NCBI GenBank assembly: GCA_964471735.1
Contig: CAYYGY010000001.1
Span: 1-24,711, forward strand
Direction of reading: 5' to 3'
Origin: an uncultured Eubacteriales bacterium
GTDB lineage: Bacteria; Bacillota; Clostridia; Oscillospirales; Acutalibacteraceae
Length of the DNA stretch: 24,711 nucleotides
The position numbers and the translations under genes are program-made. The notes below the pieces were generated by a model, which was not told the DNA's origin, did no database searches, and saw only the letters and a program-made list of their open reading frames with translations. Below are positions 1 through 8,686 of the stretch, piece after piece (the first letter of the stretch is position 1; each line of letters begins with the position of its first letter).

Positions 1-1240
1 CCTGAAGAACGTGAACCTCAACAGAGGTCTGGCCGTCTGCGGCGGTCGAGAAGACCTGACTCTTCTTTGTCGGGATAGTTGTGTTGCGCTCAATAACCTT
101 GGTGCAAACGTTGCCCATTGTTTCGATGCCCAGTGAAAGCGGTGTTACGTCCAACAAAAGCAAGCCCTTGACGTCGCCGCCGAGAACGCCGCCCTGAATT
201 GCTGCGCCTACCGCAACACATTCGTCAGGGTTGATGCCCTTGAACGGGTCCTTACCGATGAAGTTCTTAACAGCCTCCTGAACGGCAGGGATACGGGAAG
301 AGCCGCCGACCATAAGGACCTTGTTTATCTGGCTTGCAGAAAGGCCCGAGTCAGCGAGAGCCTGACGTACAGGCACCATCGTCATATCGACGAGGTCGCT
401 TGTAAGCTCGTTGAACTTTGCTCTGGAAATGGTGGTTTCAAAGTGCTTGGGTCCGGTTGCATCAGCAGTGATGAACGGCAGATTGATGTCGGCGGTGGTC
501 ATACCCGAAAGGTCGATCTTGGCCTTTTCTGCGGCTTCCTTAACACGCTGCATGGCCATCTTGTCGTTGCTGAGGTCTATGCCGCTTTCTGCCTTGAAGG
601 TGTCGCAGATGTATTTCATGATTCTCTGGTCAAAGTCGTCGCCGCCCAGACGGTTGTTACCTGCGGTGGCAAGAACCTCCTGAACACCGTCGCCCATTTC
701 GATTATAGATACGTCGAAAGTGCCGCCGCCGAGGTCGTAAACCATGATCTTCTGCTCGGTCTCCTTGTCAACGCCGTATGCCAAAGCGGCTGCGGTCGGC
801 TCGTTTATGATACGCTTGACCTCAAGGCCTGCAATTTTGCCTGCGTCCTTAGTAGCCTGACGCTGAGCATCAGTGAAGTAGGCAGGAACTGTTATAACAG
901 CCTCGGTTACAGGGCCGCCGAGATAAGCCTCGGCGTCTGCCTTAAGCTTTTGCAGAATAATGGCGGATATCTCCTGCGGAGTGTAATCCTTTCCGTCGAT
1001 GGATACTTTGTAGGCGGTGCCCATCTCACGCTTGATAGAAGCAATCGTGCGGTCGGGGTTGGTTATAGCCTGACGCTTTGCCACCTGACCTACCATTCTC
1101 TCGCCGGTCTTTGAAAACGCGACAACAGACGGTGTTGTGCGCATACCCTCGGCATTAGCTATAACAACAGGCTCGCCGCCTTCAATAACGGCAACGCACG
1201 AATTTGTTGTACCAAGGTCGATACCAATGATTTTTCCCAT
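1..1240 (-). CDS. dnaK: Molecular chaperone DnaK (Hsp70), 3' end runs off the window
   Basis: Manual translation from ATG at 1240: [24 protein letters not shown]..., with [16 protein letters not shown] and VGGSSRIP motifs; GGAGG RBS near 1249-1253; follows hrcA-grpE. Not in the ORF track because no stop is in the window. Confidence 0.98.
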   Translation of the reverse strand, partial: MGKIIGIDLGTTNSCVAVIEGGEPVVIANAEGMRTTPSVVAFSKTGERMVGQVAKRQAITNPDRTIASIKREMGTAYKVSIDGKDYTPQEISAIILQKLKADAEAYLGGPVTEAVITVPAYFTDAQRQATKDAGKIAGLEVKRIINEPTAAALAYGVDKETEQKIMVYDLGGGTFDVSIIEMGDGVQEVLATAGNNRLGGDDFDQRIMKYICDTFKAESGIDLSNDKMAMQRVKEAAEKAKIDLSGMTTADINLPFITADATGPKHFETTISRAKFNELTSDLVDMTMVPVRQALADSGLSASQINKVLMVGGSSRIPAVQEAVKNFIGKDPFKGINPDECVAVGAAIQGGVLGGDVKGLLLLDVTPLSLGIETMGNVCTKVIERNTTIPTKKSQVFSTAADGQTSVEVHVLQ

Positions 1241-1314
1241 AATTAATTCCTCCAAATGAATTTATAAATATATCTTTTTGTATTTTAAACTAAATGCAAG
1301 CAGTTTTGCCTGTG

Positions 1315-1857
1315 TTAGTTTGCTACCTTTACCATTGCGGGGCGGATAACGGTGTTGCCCAGCTTGTAACCCGTCTGCAGTACCTCAATGACGGTGTTTT
1401 CGCCGTAGTTTTCGTCTTCAATGTGCATAACCGCCTCGTGCTCGTTCGGGTCGAAAGGCTTGCCCTCAGCGTCGATTTCCTTAAGACCTATTTTATCCAG
1501 CGAATCAGACAGCTGTTTTATTATCATCTCAAGCCCCTTGATGTAGTCGGGCGATTGATTGTCGCTTGATGCCGCGCGCTGAATGTTGTCGGCAACGGGC
1601 AGCAACTGCTTGACGGTGTTTGCCTTGACGAACTCAGCAAGGTCGGTTTTTTCTTTTTCGGTGCGGCGCTTGAAATTATCGTATTCCGCCGCCGTGCGAA
1701 GAAGCATATCCTTTGTTGTGTCAAGCTCTGCTTTCAGTTTTTCGACTTCAGCCGATTTTTTCTTTTCGGTTTTTTTGGTTTTCTTTTCTGCCGTCTGCTC
1801 TTTTTCTGCCTGCTCTTCGGCAGTTTCGGTGACGGTTGCCTTTTCTTCTTGGCTCAT
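1315..1857 (-). CDS. grpE: Nucleotide exchange factor GrpE
   Basis: LRTAAEYDNFKRR, FDPNEHEAV and GYKLGNTVIRPAMVKV motifs; start moved to ATG 1857 (AAGGA RBS, ATGA overlap with the hrcA stop). Confidence 0.97.
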   Translation of the reverse strand: MSQEEKATVTETAEEQAEKEQTAEKKTKKTEKKKSAEVEKLKAELDTTKDMLLRTAAEYDNFKRRTEKEKTDLAEFVKANTVKQLLPVADNIQRAASSDNQSPDYIKGLEMIIKQLSDSLDKIGLKEIDAEGKPFDPNEHEAVMHIEDENYGENTVIEVLQTGYKLGNTVIRPAMVKVAN

Positions 1858-2885
1858 GGTGTCATTCCTTTCGTTAAGTCCTTCTTGCCTGAGCGCATAC
1901 ACAGCTCTCCTGCAAGATAGTTTATACTGGGTATCATTATCTCATAATCCATTCTCAGCGGCCCTATTACGCCTATATAGCCTGAGCGGCCGTCGGTCTT
2001 ATACCGTGAAACGATAATGCTTGAACTCTCAAGCGCGCGGTAGGCGGTGTCGCCGCCTAAAATTACGCCGCTGTCGCGGTGCCACATATCAAGCAGTGAC
2101 AGCATCTCGTCACGGGTGAACATATCCAGTATCTCCCTGACTCTCATCGGTGAAAACTCACCGTACATCAGCAGATTTGACTGCCCTGCAAGCTCAAGCT
2201 TTGACTCGCCGGTTTCACGGATAAGCTCGGTCAGTGCCGATAACAGCGGTGTAAGCTCAAGTGCGTATTCGCCTGCACCTGCCACCAGTGTCTGCAGCAT
2301 TGCGGGCTGGACTGCCGACACCTCTGTGCCGACAAGGCCATCCTCAACGACGCCTATAAACCGCCTGATAAGCGCATCTGTCAGCGGTGAGGCAAACCTG
2401 AGCATACGGCTGTGGACAGAGCCGGTGGTCGTAACTAAAACCAGCAGAGCCGTGTGCTGGCCCATCGGTATCAGTTCGACCTTGTGAACGAGGATACCCG
2501 CCGATTCGGTCGTCAGCAGTGCCACGCAATGTGTGGCGTCTGCAAGCGACTTCAGCGCCCGGCGCAGACCTCTTTCGCCGTAGATATCATCGTCAGGAAG
2601 CAACATATTAAGCGCTCGCTTCTCTTTTTCTGAAAGTGAGCGCAGAGGCATCAGGCGGTCAATATACAGCCTGAACGCACGGTCGGTCGGGATACGGCCG
2701 GCAGAGGTGTGCGGCTGGTCAAGATATCCCAGTTCACTAAGCTCGCTCATCTCGTTGCGTATGGTGGCGCTGGAGACCGACCTGAGCTCCTCGCAAAGTG
2801 CCTTTGAACCGACAGGCTCGCCCGAGCGGATATACGACCTGATTATGGTCACAAGAATATCCTCTTTGCGCTGACTCAGCTGCAT
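1854..2885 (-). CDS. hrcA: Heat-inducible transcription repressor HrcA
   Basis: GEPVGSK, SSATIRNEM, QPHTSAGRIPT and GVIGPLRMDY motifs; start ATG 2885 behind AAGGAGG; CIRCE directly upstream. Confidence 0.97.
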   Translation of the reverse strand: MQLSQRKEDILVTIIRSYIRSGEPVGSKALCEELRSVSSATIRNEMSELSELGYLDQPHTSAGRIPTDRAFRLYIDRLMPLRSLSEKEKRALNMLLPDDDIYGERGLRRALKSLADATHCVALLTTESAGILVHKVELIPMGQHTALLVLVTTTGSVHSRMLRFASPLTDALIRRFIGVVEDGLVGTEVSAVQPAMLQTLVAGAGEYALELTPLLSALTELIRETGESKLELAGQSNLLMYGEFSPMRVREILDMFTRDEMLSLLDMWHRDSGVILGGDTAYRALESSSIIVSRYKTDGRSGYIGVIGPLRMDYEIMIPSINYLAGELCMRSGKKDLTKGMTP

Positions 2886-2908
2886 GCTTCCTTCCTCCTT
2901 TTTTGGAA

Positions 2909-2935
2909 TTAGCACTCAATCGCTTCGAGTGCTAA
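2909..2935. promoter_or_regulatory. CIRCE operator (HrcA binding site)
   Basis: TTAGCACTC-aatcgcttc-GAGTGCTAA, an exact match to TTAGCACTC-N9-GAGTGCTAA, between the promoter and the hrcA RBS. Confidence 0.98.
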
Positions 2936-2943
2936 CAATTTAT

Positions 2944-2972
2944 ACTTTATCACTAAAATTTGGCTCTGTCAA
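2944..2972 (-). promoter_or_regulatory. SigA-type promoter of the hrcA operon
   Basis: Minus strand TTGACA (2972-2967), 17 bp, TAAAGT (2949-2944) with extended TG; just upstream of CIRCE. Confidence 0.75.
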
Positions 2973-3001
2973 GGGGTTTAGCACATAATTTGAAAAATAT
3001 T

Positions 3002-3018
3002 TTTGACCTTTACTGACC
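3002..3018 (-). promoter_or_regulatory. Putative CtsR-type direct repeat
   Basis: Minus strand GGTCAGT-AAA-GGTCAAA versus consensus RGTCAAA-NAN-RGTCAAA (2 mismatches in the first heptad). Confidence 0.5.
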
Positions 3019-3047
3019 TTTGCTTGCTGTTTTAAATGATGATGAAT

Positions 3048-3084
3048 ACAAAAAATCGCAGAAAAGGCGACTTTTCTGCGATTT
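3048..3084 (-). terminator. Rho-independent terminator after mgtE
   Basis: 14-bp perfect stem AAATCGCAGAAAAG/CTTTTCTGCGATTT with a 4-nt loop and a T-run on the minus strand, 12 bp after the mgtE stop. Confidence 0.85.
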
Positions 3085-3096
3085 AACCTTACAAAA

Positions 3097-4452
3097 CTAT
3101 ATTCCCAACAGCCATGAGGCAATGTTGAAATAAACAAGCAATGACAATGCGTCAACGATGGTCGTGATAAACGGCGCCGCCATAACGGCAGGGTCAAAGC
3201 CTATCCTCTTCGCAAAAATAGGCAGGGAGCAGCCGACCAGCTTTGCAAAAACGACGGTCAGCACCATAGTAATGCATACGGCCAGCGCAACCATCGGTGT
3301 TACGCCGCTTACGACTCTGTCAATAAGCATCATTTTTATAAAATTGCCGACGGCCAGAGTGACACCGCAAAGCAAGGATACCCTCAGTTCTTTCCACAGT
3401 ATGCGGAAAATATCACGCATCTCGATATCGCCCAGAGAGAGGCCGCGAATAATAGATACAGACGCCTGAGAGCCTGAGTTTCCGCCCGTGTCCATAAGCA
3501 TGGGAATGTACGCCGTAAGCACGACCTGAGCGGCGAGCGCAGTCTCAAACCGTTGGATTATTCCGCCTGTGAAAGCGGCGGACACCATCAGCAAAAGCAA
3601 CCAAGGGATACGCGCGCGCCACGTTTCAAACACGCCTGTTTTAAGATACGGCTTGTCGGTCGGCGTGATGGCCGCCATTTTTTCCATATCCTCGGTGGCC
3701 TCTTCTTCGATGACGTCGATAGCGTCGTCGAAGGTGACGATACCTACCAGTCGGTTTTCGCTGTCCACAACGGGAATGGCGAGCAGGTCGTACTTTGCGA
3801 ATTTCTTTGCGACGTCCTCTTTATCCTCAAGGGTGGTGACGGAAATTATGCCGGGCTCCATAAGTTCGTCGATTATTTCTTCGCTGTCTGCCAGCATCAG
3901 TGACATGGCGGTGACAACGCCTACAAGGTGTCTGTTGGCGTCAATGACGTAGCAGTTGTATATCGTCTCCTTGTCGATGCCTGTTCTTCGTATGTTTGAA
4001 AAGGCGTCGGCAACCGTCAGCCCTGAGCGCAGGCCGACGTATTCAACGGTCATAAGACTGCCCGCGCTGTCAACGGGATATTTCAGAATTTCGTTTATGG
4101 TGCGGCGCGTTTCGTCGTCGGTCTGATTGAGGATACGGCGCACCACGTTGGCGGGCATTTCCTCTATGATGTCAACGGCGTCGTCAACGTAAAGTTCATC
4201 AATAACTTCCTTAAGCTCGTTGTCGCTGAACGAGCGTATAAGGTCTGACTGGGTGTCAGATTCAAGTTCAACAAATGTTTCAGCTGCCTGATCTTTTGAA
4301 AGCAGTCTGAAAACTACCGCTCTGTGTTTTTCGCTCAGCTGTTCAAAAATGACAGCAATATCAGCGTAATTCATTTCGGCAAGTGCACTTCGCAGCTGAT
4401 GATACTGCTTCTGCTCTATCAGCGAGATCAGCATTTCAATTTCAAGATCCAT
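3097..4452 (-). CDS. mgtE: Magnesium transporter MgtE
   Basis: MgtE N-domain, CBS pair (SAGSLMT, LVGIVTFDD), membrane domain with DTGGNSGSQ and PFITTIVD; AAGGAGG RBS; M-box upstream. Confidence 0.97.
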   Translation of the reverse strand: MDLEIEMLISLIEQKQYHQLRSALAEMNYADIAVIFEQLSEKHRAVVFRLLSKDQAAETFVELESDTQSDLIRSFSDNELKEVIDELYVDDAVDIIEEMPANVVRRILNQTDDETRRTINEILKYPVDSAGSLMTVEYVGLRSGLTVADAFSNIRRTGIDKETIYNCYVIDANRHLVGVVTAMSLMLADSEEIIDELMEPGIISVTTLEDKEDVAKKFAKYDLLAIPVVDSENRLVGIVTFDDAIDVIEEEATEDMEKMAAITPTDKPYLKTGVFETWRARIPWLLLLMVSAAFTGGIIQRFETALAAQVVLTAYIPMLMDTGGNSGSQASVSIIRGLSLGDIEMRDIFRILWKELRVSLLCGVTLAVGNFIKMMLIDRVVSGVTPMVALAVCITMVLTVVFAKLVGCSLPIFAKRIGFDPAVMAAPFITTIVDALSLLVYFNIASWLLGI

Positions 4453-4500
4453 CGGTATAGCCTCCTTTTAATTAATAATAAAGAGGCCCGACAGGCACAG

Positions 4501-4578
4501 TCAGTCGGCGGCATGAAAGCCGCAAGGTAATCGATATTCACTGAGCGCAGCGGGCCCCTGAGTACTGCCGGCTTCCAT
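4501..4578 (-). CDS. Putative 25-aa leader peptide upstream of mgtE (MEAGSTQGPAALSEYRLPCGFHAAD)
   Basis: ATG at 4578 preceded by AAAGGATGTGA, TGA at 4503-4501; sits between the M-box terminator and the mgtE RBS. Translation is not proven. Confidence 0.5.
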   Translation of the reverse strand: MEAGSTQGPAALSEYRLPCGFHAAD

Positions 4579-4604
4579 ACAGTCACATCCTTTTATGAAA
4601 ATTA

Positions 4605-4646
4605 GAAAAACAAAAATCCGTCGCAGTACAGCACACTGCGGCGGAT
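4605..4646 (-). terminator. Expression-platform terminator of the M-box riboswitch
   Basis: Minus strand ATCCG-C-CGCAGT...ACTGCG-A-CGGAT followed by TTTTGTTTTT, directly after the aptamer. Confidence 0.8.
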
Positions 4647-4659
4647 GATGATTACTATC

Positions 4660-4810
4660 ATTTCCACCGTGTGAGCTTTAGCATCGCATGGCGGTGAAAT
4701 TGCGTTAAACTATGCCTTAATACGACACAGCCTGTTGACCAGTTGGCAGTGTCTCCACTGCTTCACGGCAGCAATCCATATCCACGCGGTAGCCTTACCT
4801 ACCGGATAGT
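4660..4810 (-). ncRNA. M-box (ykoK leader) Mg2+-sensing riboswitch
   Basis: Minus strand GTAGGTAAGGCTACC...TGCTGCC...GGTCAACAG...TAAGG...TGCTAAAGCTC..ACG, the conserved ykoK-leader blocks in order; upstream of mgtE and followed by a terminator. Boundaries approximate. Confidence 0.92.
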
Positions 4811-4823
4811 TTTTCCGTATAAT

Positions 4824-4852
4824 ATCATAATACTCCATCTCTGTTATGTCAA
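4824..4852 (-). promoter_or_regulatory. SigA-type promoter for M-box/mgtE
   Basis: Minus strand TTGACA (4852-4847), 17 bp, TATGAT (4829-4824). Confidence 0.8.
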
Positions 4853-4865
4853 CTATAATTTTCTA

Positions 4866-4894
4866 TTGAAAAAACGGCGATTTTATGCTATCCT
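4866..4894 (+). promoter_or_regulatory. SigA-type promoter for the ABC-F/apbE/rnf run
   Basis: TTGAAA (4866-4871), 17 bp, TATCCT (4889-4894) with extended TG. Confidence 0.6.
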
Positions 4895-4932
4895 AAAGCG
4901 GAACAGAGTATGTTTTGAAGGGAGAGAGACGG

Positions 4933-6846
4933 GTGGCGTTGATAGCGGCACGAGCGGTGTCGTTCGGTTTTGGCGAGCGCACACTTTTCTCACCGACCGA
5001 TTTTGAAATACGACACGGCGAAAAGGTAGGCCTTATCGGCGCAAACGGATGTGGAAAGACGACCCTGTTCAAGCTTATAACAGGCGGCCTTTCTCCCGAT
5101 TCAGGCGGTTTTGTAAGGCAGAAAGGTCTTCGCATAGGCTATATGGCGCAGATAGTTTCCGCCGACAGCGAGCGCACTGCTATGGATGCGGTGCTTGAGG
5201 TGTTTGCCGACCTGATGAGGGACGAGATAGAGCTTGAAAAACTGACGGCGTTGCTCTCTTCGGGCGACAGTGACATAATTTCGCGCCAGCACCTGCTTCG
5301 TGAGAGGTTTGAGCAAAACGGCGGGCTTACATACAGGTCTAGGGCGCGCAGTGCTCTGCTCGGTCTGGGTCTTAGTGAGGACCACCTTTCCCTACCGCTT
5401 AGCAGTCTCAGCGGAGGTCAGCTTTCGAAGATATCGCTTGCCAGACTGCTTTTGTCAAACGCAGATTTGCTTCTTTTGGACGAGCCGACCAATCACCTTG
5501 ATATACCGTCGGTGGAGTGGCTTGAGGGTTTTTTAAAATCATATTCCGGTGCGGCGATAATAATTTCGCACGACCGTTATTTTCTCGACGCAGTGACCAC
5601 CCGCACCCTTGAGATAGAGCATGGGCGCATTGCCGATTTCAAAGGGTCGTATACAAAGTATCTGGAGCTAAAAAAAGAGCAGCGCGAGATCGAGCGCCGC
5701 CACTATAAAAACACCCTCGACGAGATAGAGCGGCTGGAGGCGGTCATTGAACAGCAGCATCGCTGGAACAGAGAAAAGAACATAAAAACCGCCGATTCAA
5801 AGCAAAAGGTAGTCGACAAACTTAAAGAGGGGCTTGTTGCACCTGAAAGTGAGCTTGAGGGCATACATTTTACCTTTAAACCTAAGCTTGTCAGCGGAAA
5901 CGACGTCGTAACAGCAGAAAACGTATCTTTCAGTTACGGCTCCGCCACGCTTTACAGCGGCGTTAACTTCACCGTAAAACGCGGCGAGCGGATATTCTTG
6001 CTGGGTGCAAACGGCTGTGGAAAGACCACCCTGTTAAAGCAACTGAAAAATCAGGGCGACGGCTTCCGCTTCGGCGCCGCCGTCAGGGCAGGCTATTTTG
6101 ACCAGACGCAGAGCACCCTGTCGGCAAGCAAGACCGCCCTTGATGAGGTGTGGGACGATTTTACCGACAAGACACAAAGCGAAATAAGGGGCGCGATGGC
6201 CTCTTTCCTTTTTAAACAGGACGACGTGTTCAAAAAGGTCGGCGAGATGTCGGGCGGCGAACGGGCTCGCCTGATGATACTGAAAATGATGCTTGAGGGT
6301 GACAATCTGTTATTGCTTGACGAGCCGACAAATCACCTCGACATCTACTCCCGTCAGGCGCTTGAGGACGCGCTTGCCGATTACACTGGAACGATGCTGA
6401 TAGTGTCGCACGACCGACGGTTTATAGACCGTCTGGCAGACAGGATATTCGTTATGGAATCGGGCGGCATCGAAATATTCAACGGCAACTACTCCTACTA
6501 CCTTGAAAAGCGGCAGCGGGCGGAAGACAAGCCTGCGGTGAAAAAGCAGGTTGGCGCAGGCGGCGCGCAGTACAAGGCGAAAAAGGAGTTTCAGTCTGCC
6601 CTCAGGAAGATAAAAAGCCGCATCGCCGCCGTTGAAAGCGAGCTTGACGGCATCGACAGCGAGATAGACGCGGCAAACGCCGCCATAAACGAGCCTGAGA
6701 CCTCGGCCAACTATCAGAAGGCGATGGAGCTGACCGAAAAAATTGCCGAGCTTAATCTCAGGCAGGAATCGCTGATGGAGGAGTGGGAAACACTTTCCCA
6801 ACAGCTTGAGGATATGGAAAAGGGCTACAGTAACACTTCGGAGTGA
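4933..6846 (+). CDS. ABC-F family ribosome-associated ATPase (Uup/YdiF/YheS-like)
   Basis: Two ABC domains (GANGCGKT twice, LSGGQ/MSGGE, LLLLDEPTNHLD twice, SHDR), inter-domain linker, C-terminal coiled coil, no TM segments; likely GTG start at 4933. Confidence 0.93.
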   Translation: MALIAARAVSFGFGERTLFSPTDFEIRHGEKVGLIGANGCGKTTLFKLITGGLSPDSGGFVRQKGLRIGYMAQIVSADSERTAMDAVLEVFADLMRDEIELEKLTALLSSGDSDIISRQHLLRERFEQNGGLTYRSRARSALLGLGLSEDHLSLPLSSLSGGQLSKISLARLLLSNADLLLLDEPTNHLDIPSVEWLEGFLKSYSGAAIIISHDRYFLDAVTTRTLEIEHGRIADFKGSYTKYLELKKEQREIERRHYKNTLDEIERLEAVIEQQHRWNREKNIKTADSKQKVVDKLKEGLVAPESELEGIHFTFKPKLVSGNDVVTAENVSFSYGSATLYSGVNFTVKRGERIFLLGANGCGKTTLLKQLKNQGDGFRFGAAVRAGYFDQTQSTLSASKTALDEVWDDFTDKTQSEIRGAMASFLFKQDDVFKKVGEMSGGERARLMILKMMLEGDNLLLLDEPTNHLDIYSRQALEDALADYTGTMLIVSHDRRFIDRLADRIFVMESGGIEIFNGNYSYYLEKRQRAEDKPAVKKQVGAGGAQYKAKKEFQSALRKIKSRIAAVESELDGIDSEIDAANAAINEPETSANYQKAMELTEKIAELNLRQESLMEEWETLSQQLEDMEKGYSNTSE

Positions 6847-6852
6847 TCAAGA

Positions 6853-7809
6853 TTGAAACGGGTTTTATGTATAGCTTGCCTTGCTGTGGCGGTCGTTTTG
6901 TGCGGCTGTTCGGCTGAACCTAAAACAAAATACTCATTTGCAATGGACACAAACCTGACGCTCACCTTTTACGGCGACGATGTGTCGGGAGAGATAATCA
7001 CAGCGATATCAGACCTTGAAAACGAGATATCGTGGAATGTCGACGGCTCTGCGGTAGATAAGCTTAACAAGGGCGAAACGGTTGAAAGTGATAGCGTTGC
7101 TGAGATAATCAACTCAGTAACACCGCTTTGCAACTTAACAAACGGCGAGTACAGTCTGTTTATGAGGCCTCTTTGCGCGCTGTGGGACGTTACGTCCGAA
7201 GATGCCGAGGTGCCTGACAGCGAAAGCATAAAAAACGCGCTTGCCCTGTGTAAGGGCGAGGCGTATGTCGACGGCGACAGCGTGAGGCTGTCGGATTCGG
7301 CTCAGTTGGACTTTGGCTCGGTGGGCAAGGGTCTTGCCTGTGACAGAGCATATCAGATAATGAAATCAAACGATGCCTGCGGTGTGGTTTCTGTCGGCGG
7401 CAGTGTGGTCGCCTGCGGCGATAAGCCTGACGGCAGCAAGTGGAGGATTTCCGTTGCCTCCGCAGACGATGTTAACACCTCGGTGGGCACCCTTTCGGTC
7501 GATTCAGGTGTTTTTGTTTCTACATCAGGCAGCGGTGAGCGTTACTTTGAAGAAAACGGCGTAAGATACCACCATATCATAAGCGCGATCACCGGCTACC
7601 CCTGCCGCAGCGGTCTGAAATCGGTGACAGTGGTGTGTGAAAGCGGACTTATGTCAGACGCCCTTTCGACAGCCTGCTTTACGGTGGGGTATGATTTAAG
7701 CCTTGAATTGCTTAAAGCTTATCAGGCAGAGGCGGTCTTCATTTTTGACAACGGCGATGTTGTTGCGACCGATGGACTTAAAGACATCTTCAAGGCGGTG
7801 GAAGAATGA
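6853..7809 (+). CDS. apbE: FAD:protein FMN transferase (ApbE family) lipoprotein
   Basis: Lipobox LCGC; FAMDT, LDFGSVGKG, STSGSGERYF, YHHII and SDALSTA motifs; upstream of rnf genes whose products need flavinylation. Confidence 0.93.
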   Translation: MKRVLCIACLAVAVVLCGCSAEPKTKYSFAMDTNLTLTFYGDDVSGEIITAISDLENEISWNVDGSAVDKLNKGETVESDSVAEIINSVTPLCNLTNGEYSLFMRPLCALWDVTSEDAEVPDSESIKNALALCKGEAYVDGDSVRLSDSAQLDFGSVGKGLACDRAYQIMKSNDACGVVSVGGSVVACGDKPDGSKWRISVASADDVNTSVGTLSVDSGVFVSTSGSGERYFEENGVRYHHIISAITGYPCRSGLKSVTVVCESGLMSDALSTACFTVGYDLSLELLKAYQAEAVFIFDNGDVVATDGLKDIFKAVEE

Positions 7810-8159
7810 GAAAGACCGTTCGCCCCCTTGACATCGTGATTGCGGTCGCGGCAGTTGCGATAAGTTTTATTTTTGCCCTTGCACCTTACAACGAGGGCAG
7901 ATATGCCGAGATATATGTAAACGGTGAAAAGGTGCGCTCACTGCCGCTGAGCGAGGAAGAATGCGTTACGGTGAACGGTGTAACGGTTACGGTGGAAGAC
8001 GGCTGTGCCAAGGTAACCGCGTCTACCTGCAAGGACAAGATCTGTGTCAGTGCAGGTGAGCTTTCGCAGTCGGGCGACACGGCGATATGCATACCGAACC
8101 GCGTCAGTGTCTTGATATCGGGCGAAAATTCGCACGGCTCCGACGCCGTTACATATTGA
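7806..8159 (+). CDS. NusG domain II-containing membrane-anchored protein (DUF1312/EetA-like)
   Basis: N-terminal TM helix, then STCKDKICV...AICIPNRV cysteine pattern typical of the family; paired with a Gx transporter gene. Confidence 0.85.
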   Translation: MRKTVRPLDIVIAVAAVAISFIFALAPYNEGRYAEIYVNGEKVRSLPLSEEECVTVNGVTVTVEDGCAKVTASTCKDKICVSAGELSQSGDTAICIPNRVSVLISGENSHGSDAVTY

Positions 8160-8172
8160 CGGAGGTGGCACG

Positions 8173-8682
8173 ATGAAAAAAACGCTCTCCGCAAGGCGGA
8201 TTACCCTGCTTGCCGCGTTTTCGGCGGCGGCGGTCGCGATATCTGCGGTTGAAAATATGCTGCCTGCTTTGCCCGTATTGCCGGCAGGAACTAAGGCCGG
8301 CTTTTCAAACGTGATAGTGATGTTTCTTGCCGCAGAATACAGCCTGCCGTCTGCAATATTGGTGGCGGTTTTCAAGGCTGTGTTTGCGCTGTTTACAAGA
8401 GGAGTCCTCGCATCGGCGATGAGCCTTGCGGGAGGGGTGCTGTCAGCGCTTGCAATATACCTTTGCGCTAAGGGCAAGGGTTTCGGTTATGTCGGCCTCG
8501 GTATAGTCGGCGCGGCGTTTCACAACATAGGCCAGCTTGCTGTTGCATATTTTGCAGTGGGCGGCTCGATAAGATTTTACGCACCTGTTATGATTTTGCT
8601 CGGCACGGTGACAGGAACGGTTACGGGTCTTTTGTTAAAACTATTAACGCCAACAGTTAACAAACTATTGAAGGAAGGTTGA
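8173..8682 (+). CDS. Gx transporter family / 'heptaprenyl diphosphate synthase component I' membrane protein (EetB-like)
   Basis: Hydrophobic 169 aa with ENMLP..PV.PAGTKAGFSN, SLAGG and HNIGQL motifs. Confidence 0.85.
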   Translation: MKKTLSARRITLLAAFSAAAVAISAVENMLPALPVLPAGTKAGFSNVIVMFLAAEYSLPSAILVAVFKAVFALFTRGVLASAMSLAGGVLSALAIYLCAKGKGFGYVGLGIVGAAFHNIGQLAVAYFAVGGSIRFYAPVMILLGTVTGTVTGLLLKLLTPTVNKLLKEG

Positions 8683-8686
8683 ATAT

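Noticed and set aside
443..1114. 223-aa plus-strand ORF antisense to dnaK
   Set aside because: Well-known shadow ORF opposite hsp70 genes (often mislabelled NAD-specific glutamate dehydrogenase); no RBS or promoter, explained by dnaK codon usage.
2978..3004. Second CIRCE
   Set aside because: Only the left half TTAGCAC is present; no GAGTGCTAA at the expected spacing.
4933..6846. ABC-F as an antibiotic-resistance (ARE) determinant
   Set aside because: No attenuator leader or mobile context; the C-terminal coiled coil and chromosomal setting fit a housekeeping ABC-F. A subfamily HMM would be needed to be sure.
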